Of a DNA stretch of 64,000 nt, positions 46,604 to 56,713 are shown one piece after another. Position 1 is the first letter of the stretch, and each line of letters begins with the position of its first letter. The position numbers and the translations under genes were made by a program. Below the pieces are notes generated by a model. It saw only the letters and a list, made by a program, of their open reading frames with translations, was not told the origin of the DNA and ran no database searches. This DNA is from a virus, in IMG/VR virus record IMGVR_UViG_3300020442_000013, positions 1 through 64,000 of that record. One strand, 5' to 3'.

Positions 46604-47289
46604 AAATTACTTTCCCTTACTACTTCTTTAACAGTTTCAACATCGCTAATTTGGCGTTTGAATCTTCTAGCCCAATGCTGAGGATCCATAACATTGTAAA
46701 TAATACTTAATTGTTCATCATTAAACTTACTCATCATTTGCTTACCAGATTTACAATTAAGTATTAGCCAAGGACTTACCTTTCCATCTTTGATATGATA
46801 GATAGCCCGATTTAAACTTACATAATGGAAATAATGATTCCATACACTATTGTTTTCGTCAGCCCAGTCCATCATTGTAATGACCGAACGTTCTAATGCT
46901 GTTTGTACACCTTCCTTTTTAATTAGCTCTAAAGCATACTTTTCGTACATTTCCTCTCTGCACCAATGGTCTAATTTTACACCACTAGTAACAACATAGT
47001 CAACATATTTTTCTGGATACAAAGGACGCACATTGTTTACAAAACTTCCAAATTTTACAAATGCATTATAATAAGGACTCTTACAAAAATCATCATATGT
47101 TTTATCTTTTTTTGATCCTGCACTTAATTTATAAAATTGATTGAATGCATATAAACCCAATTGAACACGCTTTTCATTTTTTTGTAACGCTCTTCTTTTT
47201 TGTTCACACATATGTACTGCGAGAGTTTTTTCTCGTGTAAAGCCCGCTCCACAATATTGGCATACATATGGTTTTTCAGAACTTGGCAT
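46600..47289 (-). CDS. Zinc-finger-containing conserved jumbo-phage protein
   Basis: PYVCQYC...F.RE.TL..H.CE; YNAFVKFG; G.VSPW. Confidence 0.65.
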   Translation of the reverse strand: MPSSEKPYVCQYCGAGFTREKTLAVHMCEQKRRALQKNEKRVQLGLYAFNQFYKLSAGSKKDKTYDDFCKSPYYNAFVKFGSFVNNVRPLYPEKYVDYVVTSGVKLDHWCREEMYEKYALELIKKEGVQTALERSVITMMDWADENNSVWNHYFHYVSLNRAIYHIKDGKVSPWLILNCKSGKQMMSKFNDEQLSIIYNVMDPQHWARRFKRQISDVETVKEVVRESNL

Positions 47290-47746
47290 TCTCAATCCCG
47301 TGTTCTTCTGCAAGTTCTTTAAGTTCTTTTTTTGTAGATATTGTAGCAAGTAATTCAACCTCTTTTTGTTTCATGTTAGGGTAAATTTGTTCTAAAAATT
47401 TTATTACAGCATTATTATTGGCGCCTTTTTTCTTAAAGCCTATATACGGATGGAATTTTATTTTACCCCAAGCACCGCTCATACATAACAGTTGCCACAT
47501 AAGTTCTTGATGTCCATTTTCTCTACCTACACCTATTGTATTAAAGTGCTTATTGTAGTATTCATTTGTTTTGAATACTGCGAGCTCCATTTCTTCTCTA
47601 GACCCTTGTACGGCGCTTATATAGCGATTAAGAAGCCAAAAAGACACCTGTTTACGTTCTTCAATAGAAAGTTCTTTCCATACATTTTTGGCATTCATAT
47701 CAATTGCCGCTAGTATATCTTTTATTGGGAGTTTCTGCGATGCCAT
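47276..47746 (-). CDS. Putative clamp-loader small subunit (gp62-like)
   Basis: WLLNRYIS...N.Y.N, FH..I..KK motifs; replication-cluster context. Confidence 0.5.
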   Translation of the reverse strand: MASQKLPIKDILAAIDMNAKNVWKELSIEERKQVSFWLLNRYISAVQGSREEMELAVFKTNEYYNKHFNTIGVGRENGHQELMWQLLCMSGAWGKIKFHPYIGFKKKGANNNAVIKFLEQIYPNMKQKEVELLATISTKKELKELAEEHGIENAKF

Positions 47747-48414
47747 TCTTCAAGTTCCTCAGGAGTGTTTATTTCCATGCCATTAAAATCAACTTCAAAC
47801 ACAGACATACTGTATCCATTCTGTAACCATCTCAGTTGTTCTAATTTTTCAATTTGCTCTTCTGTATATTGCATCAAATTTTTGTAATTTGTTAGTGCTT
47901 CTTTTGTATATCCGTATACACCAAGATGATGTGAACCATACTCAAGACTAGATCTACAAAACCAATGTGCTTTGTTATCTGTATGTATAAGTTTAACACT
48001 ATTAGGATCTTTTTGCAAGTCCTTATTCATCTTTGTATACACGGTCACAACGTCCTCGCTCAAAGCAAGTCCATTTGCAATACTTTTAATTATTTCAACT
48101 GTTATGTCTGGCATGTCACCTTGAACATTGATAATACCATCGTAAGAATCTAGCATAGGAAAAGCAGAGCATCTTTCTGTGCCGTTATCATAATATTTCT
48201 CCATATAAAAGCAGTCGCCTTCAGGAAATAAACTATGCACACGTTTGCTATCTGTTAAAACATATACGGGAAATCCTGATTCCTTACATCTGTCATAAAC
48301 TCTTTTTACCATTGGTTTTCCGTTAAGTAAAGCAATAGGTTTTTCAGGAAATCTAGTACTACCCATTCTTGCAGGAATACAAATTGCATAATTTAAATTT
48401 TTATGTTTCATCAT
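47722..48414 (-). CDS. kdsB: CMP-KDO synthetase-like cytidylyltransferase
   Basis: IPARMGSTRFPEKP.A, GTER, INVQGD.P, H.GVYGY, EKLEQLRWL, INTPE. Confidence 0.85.
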   Translation of the reverse strand: MMKHKNLNYAICIPARMGSTRFPEKPIALLNGKPMVKRVYDRCKESGFPVYVLTDSKRVHSLFPEGDCFYMEKYYDNGTERCSAFPMLDSYDGIINVQGDMPDITVEIIKSIANGLALSEDVVTVYTKMNKDLQKDPNSVKLIHTDNKAHWFCRSSLEYGSHHLGVYGYTKEALTNYKNLMQYTEEQIEKLEQLRWLQNGYSMSVFEVDFNGMEINTPEELEEWHRRNSQ

Positions 48415-48746
48415 ACTGCTCCGAAATAATATTTAAATAAGCCCATTAATAAAATTGTTGCAAGTGTGCCGTTAAGCATTGTTAAAGCTCTATCATGCCA
48501 AAGCATTCCTACCCATAACCAGCCAAGTGTTCCTGCAAAACTAAACCATAAATCAATTAAAGGTATGCCAGCACTTCTTGCGGCTACGGCAATTAATATT
48601 AAAGCACTAGAGGCCCATTTAACATACCAACTTAAATCTCCTTTAGGTGTCACTTTTTTAAACACCCTTGTAGAATTAAGAGCTTTTATTTTATCATCTA
48701 ATTTTTCTTTTATAGGCTCTATCGTCATTTCTCCAATTCGTCCCAT
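48411..48746 (-). CDS. Small membrane protein (DUF6552-like)
   Basis: TPKGDLSWYVKW...GW..VG.LWHDRAL..LN. Confidence 0.6.
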   Translation of the reverse strand: MGRIGEMTIEPIKEKLDDKIKALNSTRVFKKVTPKGDLSWYVKWASSALILIAVAARSAGIPLIDLWFSFAGTLGWLWVGMLWHDRALTMLNGTLATILLMGLFKYYFGAV

Positions 48747-48926
48747 TCTTCATCATCCTTATAAAAATCTGGACATCCGTCATCTGTACAATAATTAGGA
48801 TCTACCTTTTCTATTTCCGATGTATCGCCCGATCCTAATGCTTCAAAAAATTTGGATAATGTAGAAGTTTGTTCTTTTACAGATTGGCAAGCGGTTAACA
48901 TTGCCAAACACATTAATATTAAAATT

Positions 48927-49202
48927 TTATTCTTTAAGCTCTTCTGCATCTTTTATAGTATAATACATTAACAGTATTCTGTCAAGTTGTTTTTTTAATA
49001 CTTTATGATTTTGAGCAAGTTTTAACATATGCCTCCATTCAGCATGGGAAAATAAATCACCAGTTTCTCTAGATATCGCGTTTGGATCTCCTCCAACTAT
49101 CCATCTAGGAATTGTATTGTGTGGGGGGTCTCGATAACGAGCGAACACAACACCGTTGGCCCGCTCGTATATCAAAGGTTGATTTGGAATCAATCTCGAC
49201 AA
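48927..49202 (-). CDS. Hypothetical protein
   Basis: LIYERANG.V.AR motif; AGGAG RBS. Confidence 0.6.
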   Translation of the reverse strand: MSRLIPNQPLIYERANGVVFARYRDPPHNTIPRWIVGGDPNAISRETGDLFSHAEWRHMLKLAQNHKVLKKQLDRILLMYYTIKDAEELKE

Positions 49203-49213
49203 CCATGTTCTCC

Positions 49214-50506
49214 TTACACGGCTACGAAATAAACTACACTTATTGCTGCTATAGCTAGGCTACCTGCATTAAGTTCATCATGCTTACCACTAAGTGCTTT
49301 GATAACTGCATAAGCAATAAAGCCTAATGCAATACCATGAGCAATACTAAAAGTCAACGGCATAAGCACAGCCGCTAATACTGCTGGTGCATACTCAGTA
49401 ACATCATCCCAATCAATGTCTGCAATGTTACGTAAAAAGTATGTGGCAATAAAGATTAATGCTGGTGCTGTTGCAAATGCTGGAATACTTTGTGCTAGTG
49501 GAGCAAAGAATAAGCAAGCCGCAAACAATACTGCTACTGTTACAGCCGTTAATCCTGTTTTACCACCTTCTTTGATTCCTGCACCGCTTTCAATATACGA
49601 TGTGGTATTCGATGTACCAACTAAGGCTCCTGCTGAAGTAGCTACAGAGTCTGCTAGTAAGGCTCTATCGATACCTTCTACTTCTCCATCATCATTAACT
49701 TTTCCTGTCAGATTAGCAACACTAGTAAGTGTTCCTGCCGTATCAAAAAAGTCAACAAACAAAAATGCAAAAGCAGTACCAATAAATCCTGCGGTAGCAA
49801 TCATACTAAAGTCTAAACTAAAAGCATGTTCTGGACTAGGAATAGCACCTGCAAATCCGTTTAGATCAGCAATACCAAAAATCCAAGCAATAATACTTAC
49901 TGCAAGAATACCAATAATAATTGCACCTGGTACTTTACGTTTGTCAAGCATTGCCATAATAACAAAACCAAGTCCTGTTAGTAACACAGGCCAACTTGCA
50001 ACATCGCCTAACCCTACAAGTGTTGCTGGATTGTCAACTACTACGCCTGCATTTTTCAAACCAATAATGGCTAGAAAAAGCCCAATACCTGCACCTACAC
50101 CCAATTTCATTGATTTGGGAATACTATTAATAATGTATTTACGAGCTGGTGTTACACTCAGTCCGATAAACACAATACCGGCTACAAATACTGCTGCCAA
50201 TGCTTGTTGGAATGTATAACCCATTCCAAAGATTACACCAAACGTAAAGAACGCATTAAGTCCCATACCTGGTGCTAGTGCTACAGGCCAATTAGCCCAT
50301 AACCCCATTATCAGGGTACCGATCACTGCGGCAATGATAGTTGCCGTAAAGACAGCGCCAAAGCCCATACCTGTTCCTTCTGTTGAAAGAATAGCTGGGT
50401 TGACTACAGTAATATAAGCCATCGTAAGAAAAGTTGCGATACCTGCCATTACTTCTGTCCTAACGGTAGTTTTGGCTTTTTCAAGCCCAAAGAGTTTTTC
50501 TAACAT
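49214..50506 (-). CDS. NCS2/AzgA-family purine permease
   Basis: TE..AG..TFLTMAYI..VNP.ILS, APGMGLNAFF, DFFDTAGTL, YIES.AG..GG.TGL, PLTFSIA.G. Confidence 0.92.
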   Translation of the reverse strand: MLEKLFGLEKAKTTVRTEVMAGIATFLTMAYITVVNPAILSTEGTGMGFGAVFTATIIAAVIGTLIMGLWANWPVALAPGMGLNAFFTFGVIFGMGYTFQQALAAVFVAGIVFIGLSVTPARKYIINSIPKSMKLGVGAGIGLFLAIIGLKNAGVVVDNPATLVGLGDVASWPVLLTGLGFVIMAMLDKRKVPGAIIIGILAVSIIAWIFGIADLNGFAGAIPSPEHAFSLDFSMIATAGFIGTAFAFLFVDFFDTAGTLTSVANLTGKVNDDGEVEGIDRALLADSVATSAGALVGTSNTTSYIESGAGIKEGGKTGLTAVTVAVLFAACLFFAPLAQSIPAFATAPALIFIATYFLRNIADIDWDDVTEYAPAVLAAVLMPLTFSIAHGIALGFIAYAVIKALSGKHDELNAGSLAIAAISVVYFVAV

Positions 50507-50517
50507 TTTTTTCTCCG

Positions 50518-50865
50518 TTATATTTTAGTGCCAACTGTTCGACGAACAATGTCGTCATGATTAAACTCAGCCCAATAAAGTTCAAAAGCGACACCGTCTT
50601 CTAAACCTTCAAATTGATGGACTTTGCCCGGCTTCACTTGAGTGAAGTCACCTGGACCAAGAATTGTTTCATCAACTAATCCTTCTTGGTCATCTTGCCA
50701 AACACGGACAATCATTTTGCCCGATTCAACAAAGAATCCGTTCCATTTAAATTTATGCTCATGTTCTGAACATTTAAAGCCAGCATTAAATTCAATACGG
50801 TGAAATTCTAGTACACCATTTGCATGAATTAATTCTGTCTGACCCCATATCTTTCCTGCTTTCAT
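50518..50865 (-). CDS. Cupin-domain protein
   Basis: KIWG, CSEH.H..K...F.V.SG, PG..HQF, E. Confidence 0.75.
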   Translation of the reverse strand: MKAGKIWGQTELIHANGVLEFHRIEFNAGFKCSEHEHKFKWNGFFVESGKMIVRVWQDDQEGLVDETILGPGDFTQVKPGKVHQFEGLEDGVAFELYWAEFNHDDIVRRTVGTKI

Positions 50866-50876
50866 CTTCGTCTCCT

Positions 50877-51383
50877 TTACAATATTAAACCATAATCTAT
50901 TATTTCTGATTGGCGTGATATTTCTTTGATAAAATATGCACAAAGCGGGTTGTCTCCTTCAGTAATAGGAACTGCTAATAATTGTCCGTTTTTTACTTTA
51001 GGAAAATACCATTTTACATCATTGTAAAAATTGGTAATTTTTATTTCTCCATAATCGATCTTGTAACTAGATATAGGATTGAATAAGAAAGCTTCGAATC
51101 CCCTATTGTTAATACTAGTTAAGGGAAGAACTTCTATATCATTTCCACTAGTACTATCGCCAACTGCAATAGACCAATCTAATGGCATCATTATTTCTTT
51201 ACCAGCTATTTCTAAAACCATTGCTGGTGCATTAAAACTTTCAAGAAAAATTAGCGGTATAAAAAAGAAATCAGGATCTTTTGGATCACTATTATCTAAT
51301 ACTGCAAATCTTATATCTTCTTCAAGTTCATCAGGTAAGTTGGTTAATGGAAAACACTTATCCTCTAATGTTAATATTCTCAT
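50877..51383 (-). CDS. Conserved jumbo-phage protein
   Basis: D.RF.VLDNSDP..PDFFFIPLIFLESF..PA; adjacent to UvsW. Confidence 0.65.
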   Translation of the reverse strand: MRILTLEDKCFPLTNLPDELEEDIRFAVLDNSDPKDPDFFFIPLIFLESFNAPAMVLEIAGKEIMMPLDWSIAVGDSTSGNDIEVLPLTSINNRGFEAFLFNPISSYKIDYGEIKITNFYNDVKWYFPKVKNGQLLAVPITEGDNPLCAYFIKEISRQSEIIDYGLIL

Positions 51384-51394
51384 ATATTATTCCT

Positions 51395-52852
51395 TTAATT
51401 CCATTCAACCTTTTCAATGCTGAAGGGATATTCTGCTTCTTTGTAAAATTTTTTACGTTGAGTTAAATGTCTTTTTGCAAATTTGCATGTAGATGTAAGA
51501 TCCCATATTTGCACAAAATCTTTGTCTTTAGCTTTTCTCACACCACGACCGATACTTTGGATTACACGAACGAATGACTTACCAGGCTCAATAAGCACGA
51601 GATTAAAAATACGTGGAATATTAATTCCCACCGACGCAACTCCATAGGTCGCGATAACCACGTGATTACTTCCTTCGTTAATTTCGTCATATGCCTCCTT
51701 TCGATCTTTTAGTTTGACATCGCCTTTAACAAAAACGCTATTAGGGATTAACTGCTGAAGTAATTCTCCAGCAGATATTCTGTCCACTAATATAAGGGTA
51801 TTGCCTGTTTGTGATATTGTATTTAACAGTTTGCCTAAATAATTTATCCTGTCTTTATTAGTGACAAGATATTTTAATTCTTCTTGATAATTTTTGTGTG
51901 CTACTGTATCTATAAGTTGCACAACATTTACATGACAGTTAGAAAGCACTCCTTTGTCTTGTAATTCTTTTGCTGTAACTTGACCTATCACAGGACCTAA
52001 ACTTGCATGTATGCTTTCAAATTCAAATTTTTCTTTTGGAATAGTGCCAGTTAGTCCCCATCGTATAGGTGCATTGCGTAAGTTTTGTGTTAATAATTTT
52101 TTCAGTACTTCAGCTTTTGCTTGATGTACTTCGTCAATAATTATTGTACTTACACCTTCAAGAAACTCTGCAAGACTCAATAATGCTTCGCCGTCTTTAG
52201 ATTTTTTGTCTAATATATTTAAAGACTGCCAAGTACATATTGTATGAGTTTTGCCTAGTTCTTTTCTGTCGCCAAAGTAAACACCTACGTCCAACCCACA
52301 GTTAATATAATCTTCCTCAGTCTGCGTGACTAGACTTTTATTAGGAACAATTACCAGACTACGTCCGTACGTGTCTGTGATGTTGCTTAAGGTGGCAGTA
52401 ATAATAGTTTTACCGGCTCCGGTTGCGACTTCTTGTAATGATTGAGGATTTTCTAAAAAGTTATTGATTACCTCTACTTGATAATCACGCAAACGAATTT
52501 TTTCACCCTCAGCAGGATGTCCCTTTGGCCATGTTTTATCACCCCAGTAGTCTGAAGCAATTGGATCAAACTTTAAGTCTACAGTTTCTCGTCTATCTTC
52601 AATATCTACAATTTCAACGTTAGACTTGTGTAACACATCTGTAATAACATCAAGATGATTAACATATCCTGTACCGCCGATACCAAAAAAAGCAACCTTT
52701 CCGTCCCATCTGCCTAGTTTATATTGTGGCATATAACGAGCATACGGAACTTCAAACTTTAAAGAATTTGCAATTCTTCTTCGGACATCGACTTCAAGTC
52801 CGACAAGTTTAATGTTTACTTCATCTTCAATTATTAATTTACATGTAGCCAT
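51395..52852 (-). CDS. uvsW: UvsW-like SF2 DNA helicase
   Basis: LRDYQ, ATGAGKT, DEVH, GLTGT, GINIP, QSIGRGVR. Confidence 0.88.
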   Translation of the reverse strand: MATCKLIIEDEVNIKLVGLEVDVRRRIANSLKFEVPYARYMPQYKLGRWDGKVAFFGIGGTGYVNHLDVITDVLHKSNVEIVDIEDRRETVDLKFDPIASDYWGDKTWPKGHPAEGEKIRLRDYQVEVINNFLENPQSLQEVATGAGKTIITATLSNITDTYGRSLVIVPNKSLVTQTEEDYINCGLDVGVYFGDRKELGKTHTICTWQSLNILDKKSKDGEALLSLAEFLEGVSTIIIDEVHQAKAEVLKKLLTQNLRNAPIRWGLTGTIPKEKFEFESIHASLGPVIGQVTAKELQDKGVLSNCHVNVVQLIDTVAHKNYQEELKYLVTNKDRINYLGKLLNTISQTGNTLILVDRISAGELLQQLIPNSVFVKGDVKLKDRKEAYDEINEGSNHVVIATYGVASVGINIPRIFNLVLIEPGKSFVRVIQSIGRGVRKAKDKDFVQIWDLTSTCKFAKRHLTQRKKFYKEAEYPFSIEKVEWN

Positions 52853-52853
52853 A

Positions 52854-54065
52854 TTATAAAGTTTGTACCTTTACACGGTTAAATGGACTAATATCAGTAT
52901 CATAATGTATTATCAAATCCAAAGGATTTACATAATCAGATACTTTGGCATGCATTCTTACACTACCAAAAGTTAAAACTGTATTAGGTCTCCATTCGCT
53001 CTTAAGTAACGGTTTAGGAAACTTATTGCTATTAATATACACTACTTTTGTGTTTGTGTCAAGTGGATTATTTAATTTGTTCAATTTAACATATTCATTA
53101 AATTCTCGATTTATTCCTTTGTCATTGTCTACCCTAAATAAAACACTCATATCTTGTTTAAAAATTATATTATTCAGACCTTTGTTAATTTTTACTAATC
53201 CTTCTAAGGGCGATTCTATTGGTAAAATTACTAATAAAGGAAATCTATTCAATTCTAATAAACTTTCTAAAACACGTTCTATAGGATATACATTTGGTGG
53301 TACTACTACATTGTATTCTTGCCGTGTTACAATTTTCTTACTCAAAACAGTTAAAGCATTTAAACTATCTTCTAGCTCTTGTTGGTCGAAATGATAAAGG
53401 CCAAGTTGATCTTTGCGGTCATTATATATTGCTAGATTATCTTTTGTAGGCTCGCCAATTGACGAGATCATAAAATTAATTGCTTTGTCAGAAAGATTTT
53501 TTAGTTTGAAAGAATAAATGCCTGGTATATAATCGTCTTCGTTATTACTCATTGCTTCTACCTTTTCATAAAAAGTTAACAACTCAGGTTGTATATCAAA
53601 GTTGCTATTTTTAAAATTTTGTATTACTTTAAATACATTCTGTTCATTAAAAGGAAAATAATGTATTTTATTTTTGCTATCATATATATGGCCCTGGGTG
53701 CCTGACTTTGCCTTTTCAATCGCGTTAATTAGTTTTTTGTTGAATATAAATTTTACTGCAATAACAAGTTCTTCAGCGTTGTTATATTGTAATGTTATGG
53801 ATTTTTCTCTGTCTAATTTTCTTAAAGGAATGCGTAGATTGTCTAACGAATCGTGTATGTTATGGTCATACATATCATTATAACAAACAAGTTTTGTCTT
53901 TAACAATGCATGTTGTCTATCAGTAAGACCTATACCTCTTACAGTTTGTCTACCTATGCTTGTAAGTATAGTATAATCTTCTTTCTTCATTGTAAATTTT
54001 CCAGGTTCTGCGTTCTGAAATCCTACAAGAAGTTCAAGACAATCCTCTATAGTTTTTGTATTCAT
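52854..54065 (-). CDS. Hypothetical protein
   Basis: Long ORF; leftward TTGACT promoter near 54095-54100. Confidence 0.65.
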   Translation of the reverse strand: MNTKTIEDCLELLVGFQNAEPGKFTMKKEDYTILTSIGRQTVRGIGLTDRQHALLKTKLVCYNDMYDHNIHDSLDNLRIPLRKLDREKSITLQYNNAEELVIAVKFIFNKKLINAIEKAKSGTQGHIYDSKNKIHYFPFNEQNVFKVIQNFKNSNFDIQPELLTFYEKVEAMSNNEDDYIPGIYSFKLKNLSDKAINFMISSIGEPTKDNLAIYNDRKDQLGLYHFDQQELEDSLNALTVLSKKIVTRQEYNVVVPPNVYPIERVLESLLELNRFPLLVILPIESPLEGLVKINKGLNNIIFKQDMSVLFRVDNDKGINREFNEYVKLNKLNNPLDTNTKVVYINSNKFPKPLLKSEWRPNTVLTFGSVRMHAKVSDYVNPLDLIIHYDTDISPFNRVKVQTL

Positions 54066-54082
54066 GTATACATTATACAAGA

Positions 54083-54916
54083 TTATAACTTAAAAGTCAA
54101 GTGTTTATGCGGTATTCCTGCAGATATTTCTTCGATAGTGTATTCTGTATGTGCGTAATCATTAAGCCATTGTTGTCTATCAGTAAGGTTAGGAGAATTA
54201 ATATCTTTCAAATCTTTGTTTGCAACTTCATATGCTAAACTACTAGGTCCTGTAAATGCAGGTACGCCTGCAAGTATACTATGTATGCCTGGATTGCTAG
54301 ACCAACTTACAGTTGCCCATGCACCTTTGAATGACATATCAAAATCATCATATGTGTTAGGAATTTTTTTTGGTTCTTGCCTGCGTACATTTTTCCATTC
54401 TCGCTCTATGTCTGGTAACCAACATCTTGGGTGTGGCCTAAATATTATTGGCAAATTACAATGAAGTTTAATTGTATCAATTGTCTTGATTACCCAATTT
54501 GCCATTGACCCCATATTTTTCCATTGTAGACTTTTGTCATGTTGACCACAAATTAAAATATGTTCTCCGCTAGTTCTCCAAGGTTGTAATTTAAGTCCTA
54601 GTTTTTCGGCTCTACTGCTATCATTTCCTTTAGGGCCAAAATACGCATCTCTGTTTATTCCGTTAAGTCCAACTTTCCAGGTTGTACCTCTTTTTATTCC
54701 ACCAACTTCTAATACAATCGTTGGTTTACCTTGCTCCCAGACTTCTTTGTTTCTCGCCATTCGACCATGAAACAATACGCTCCAAATAACATTAACATCG
54801 GCACTAGGATCATTATACACAACATCAATCCCGTGATGTACACAGCCGTCAGCAAAAGCACTGAAAACAGGCTGACTATTAAGTGCGCCATAGTCTGTCC
54901 ATAAACTAACTTTCAT
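54083..54916 (-). CDS. Glycosyltransferase-like (GT-B, capsule-biosynthesis-like)
   Basis: ILICGQ..S.QW, FRPHP, V..SS...I.S..AGVP, RQQW...A..E. Confidence 0.65.
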   Translation of the reverse strand: MKVSLWTDYGALNSQPVFSAFADGCVHHGIDVVYNDPSADVNVIWSVLFHGRMARNKEVWEQGKPTIVLEVGGIKRGTTWKVGLNGINRDAYFGPKGNDSSRAEKLGLKLQPWRTSGEHILICGQHDKSLQWKNMGSMANWVIKTIDTIKLHCNLPIIFRPHPRCWLPDIEREWKNVRRQEPKKIPNTYDDFDMSFKGAWATVSWSSNPGIHSILAGVPAFTGPSSLAYEVANKDLKDINSPNLTDRQQWLNDYAHTEYTIEEISAGIPHKHLTFKL

Positions 54917-55745
54917 TCCAGTATGATTCATTTCTTTGGTTAATTAAATCTTTTGTTAAACTTTTTCCAGTGTCTTTACGAGCACCTTTGAGATGGTCCA
55001 TCCATCTACCCAATTCACAGTTAATAAGTGGATGACCACCTCCACCTGTAATTGCGCCTTTCATTATCATATCTTCTGTATAATCTAAAACGTTAGAATA
55101 TTCTATTTTCATTTTATTTAGAATATGTCCAAAAACAAAACTATCATGCCATTCTTCTAATAAAAAAATTCCGTTTTCTGCATCTTCATATACTCTTTCA
55201 AATTCTGCCATAAATTTTTTACATATTTCATTCTTAACATTTAAACCGTAAAATCCACATTCTGGCCATGTTTGAGAACCTTTGCCTCTACCAACATATG
55301 TTATCCATTTATCATTTGGCAATAGTTCAGCAAACTGTTCATAAGTCCAAGCACTATGAATAAACGTATCTGCATCCATCCATATACACCAGTCCTTAGA
55401 GCGTCTTACAGCGTCATACACAGCATATGTTTTGTTAGCGAACCGTATGGCATCCCATTTAAATTCTTTATGATGATCCCTTGGTCTGCGTTCTGGCCAC
55501 GGGCATTTACCATTTGCCTTAGGAACATTTTTCCATTTGTTTTTAAAATTATTTAATTTTGGTAATGCTTCAAAAGAATCTAATATAGTTATTTGTTCAG
55601 GATCAGGATTTACTGGGTTACAAGATTCTGCATATACTAGTAGTTTGATACGTTTGTCAACCTGTTCTGCAAAACTATTTAAAAAACGCTGTCCATATTT
55701 GTCCAATCCTGGTTGGTGAAAAGTTGTCAGCACTAATATTTCCAT
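54906..55745 (-). CDS. Glycosyltransferase-like (GT-A, DxD)
   Basis: WDAIRF..K, W.DAD, ECGF, EWHDSFVF, DHLKG.RK. Confidence 0.7.
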   Translation of the reverse strand: MEILVLTTFHQPGLDKYGQRFLNSFAEQVDKRIKLLVYAESCNPVNPDPEQITILDSFEALPKLNNFKNKWKNVPKANGKCPWPERRPRDHHKEFKWDAIRFANKTYAVYDAVRRSKDWCIWMDADTFIHSAWTYEQFAELLPNDKWITYVGRGKGSQTWPECGFYGLNVKNEICKKFMAEFERVYEDAENGIFLLEEWHDSFVFGHILNKMKIEYSNVLDYTEDMIMKGAITGGGGHPLINCELGRWMDHLKGARKDTGKSLTKDLINQRNESYWNES

Positions 55746-55783
55746 TTCATTAAATCCTTGTGTTAATTGCCATGCATTAAATG

Positions 55784-56713
55784 TCAAATAAATTCTCTCA
55801 TATGTCGCCAGCATGAGCCATTTCTAAGTTCTTCAAAATTCCAATGGAACATACTAATTCTTTGCAACCATTTCAATCTATCAAAGTGATCAGGTCTTTC
55901 TATTTTACTAAAATCTGTATTTGCAACTTCTCTGCATTGACTGTCTATAGGATCTGTTAAGAATGCATGAAAACCTTTTGCAATTGGACCAACTGCTGCA
56001 CTACTATTATGATTTACTACAGCCCAAGCTCCTTGTAGATCTTGATCAAGAGTTCTTCCAGGCAAACTTAATTCAACATTAGAAAAATGCTCTAATGGAT
56101 GTCCTGGTCTTTTGGCAAGGTAATCAACTGCAAGTTTATCTCCAGGATGACTGCGGATAATTATTTTTCTATCTGTATATCTTTGTATTAATTGGATAGT
56201 ATCCTGCATCCATTGCACTACATCATAACCTTTCATACTCCAGCCACCTTGTCTTTGGCACATTAACACTATATGATTTCCTGTACGTGTATATTCAGAT
56301 ATTGGTAAACCTAAAGTTTTAGAAATAATACGCCAGCGTTTTTCGTTGATTGTTGTATCACAATACTTTCCTGTTGTTGGAAATATACCATCAAAGCTAT
56401 ATCTTAAATAGCCTTTAGTATTATTTGGATCATGAAATAAAAATAAATTTGCATCAGCTGTTATTGTATGTCGTCCGTATTCTTTTTGTGTTCTAATAAC
56501 ATTATGTCTTAAACGTAAATGTGGTGTAGTAATTTTATCATACACCCATCCTTGTATCATACCAGCATCACATTCGATCAAATTATCATGTGTATGAACA
56601 ATTCCTGTATCTCCGGCCTGACGAACACCCTCAGCAAAATCAAATAAAAGTTGCTCTTTTTGAGGGTTTATGTTCTTACCTGGAACAGTTTTTAAGTAAC
56701 TAACTACCTTCAT
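55784..56713 (-). CDS. Glycosyltransferase-like (GT-B)
   Basis: R.HPGD, AWAVV.HNSS.AV, R..W...I....W...E...G..W; paralogous to 54083. Confidence 0.65.
   Translation of the reverse strand: MKVVSYLKTVPGKNINPQKEQLLFDFAEGVRQAGDTGIVHTHDNLIECDAGMIQGWVYDKITTPHLRLRHNVIRTQKEYGRHTITADANLFLFHDPNNTKGYLRYSFDGIFPTTGKYCDTTINEKRWRIISKTLGLPISEYTRTGNHIVLMCQRQGGWSMKGYDVVQWMQDTIQLIQRYTDRKIIIRSHPGDKLAVDYLAKRPGHPLEHFSNVELSLPGRTLDQDLQGAWAVVNHNSSAAVGPIAKGFHAFLTDPIDSQCREVANTDFSKIERPDHFDRLKWLQRISMFHWNFEELRNGSCWRHMREFI

Noticed and set aside
49416-50219. 267-aa plus-strand ORF and similar antisense ORFs (39374, 52945, 61733, 30737)
   Set aside because: Shadow ORFs opposite well-supported genes, with no RBS or motifs.
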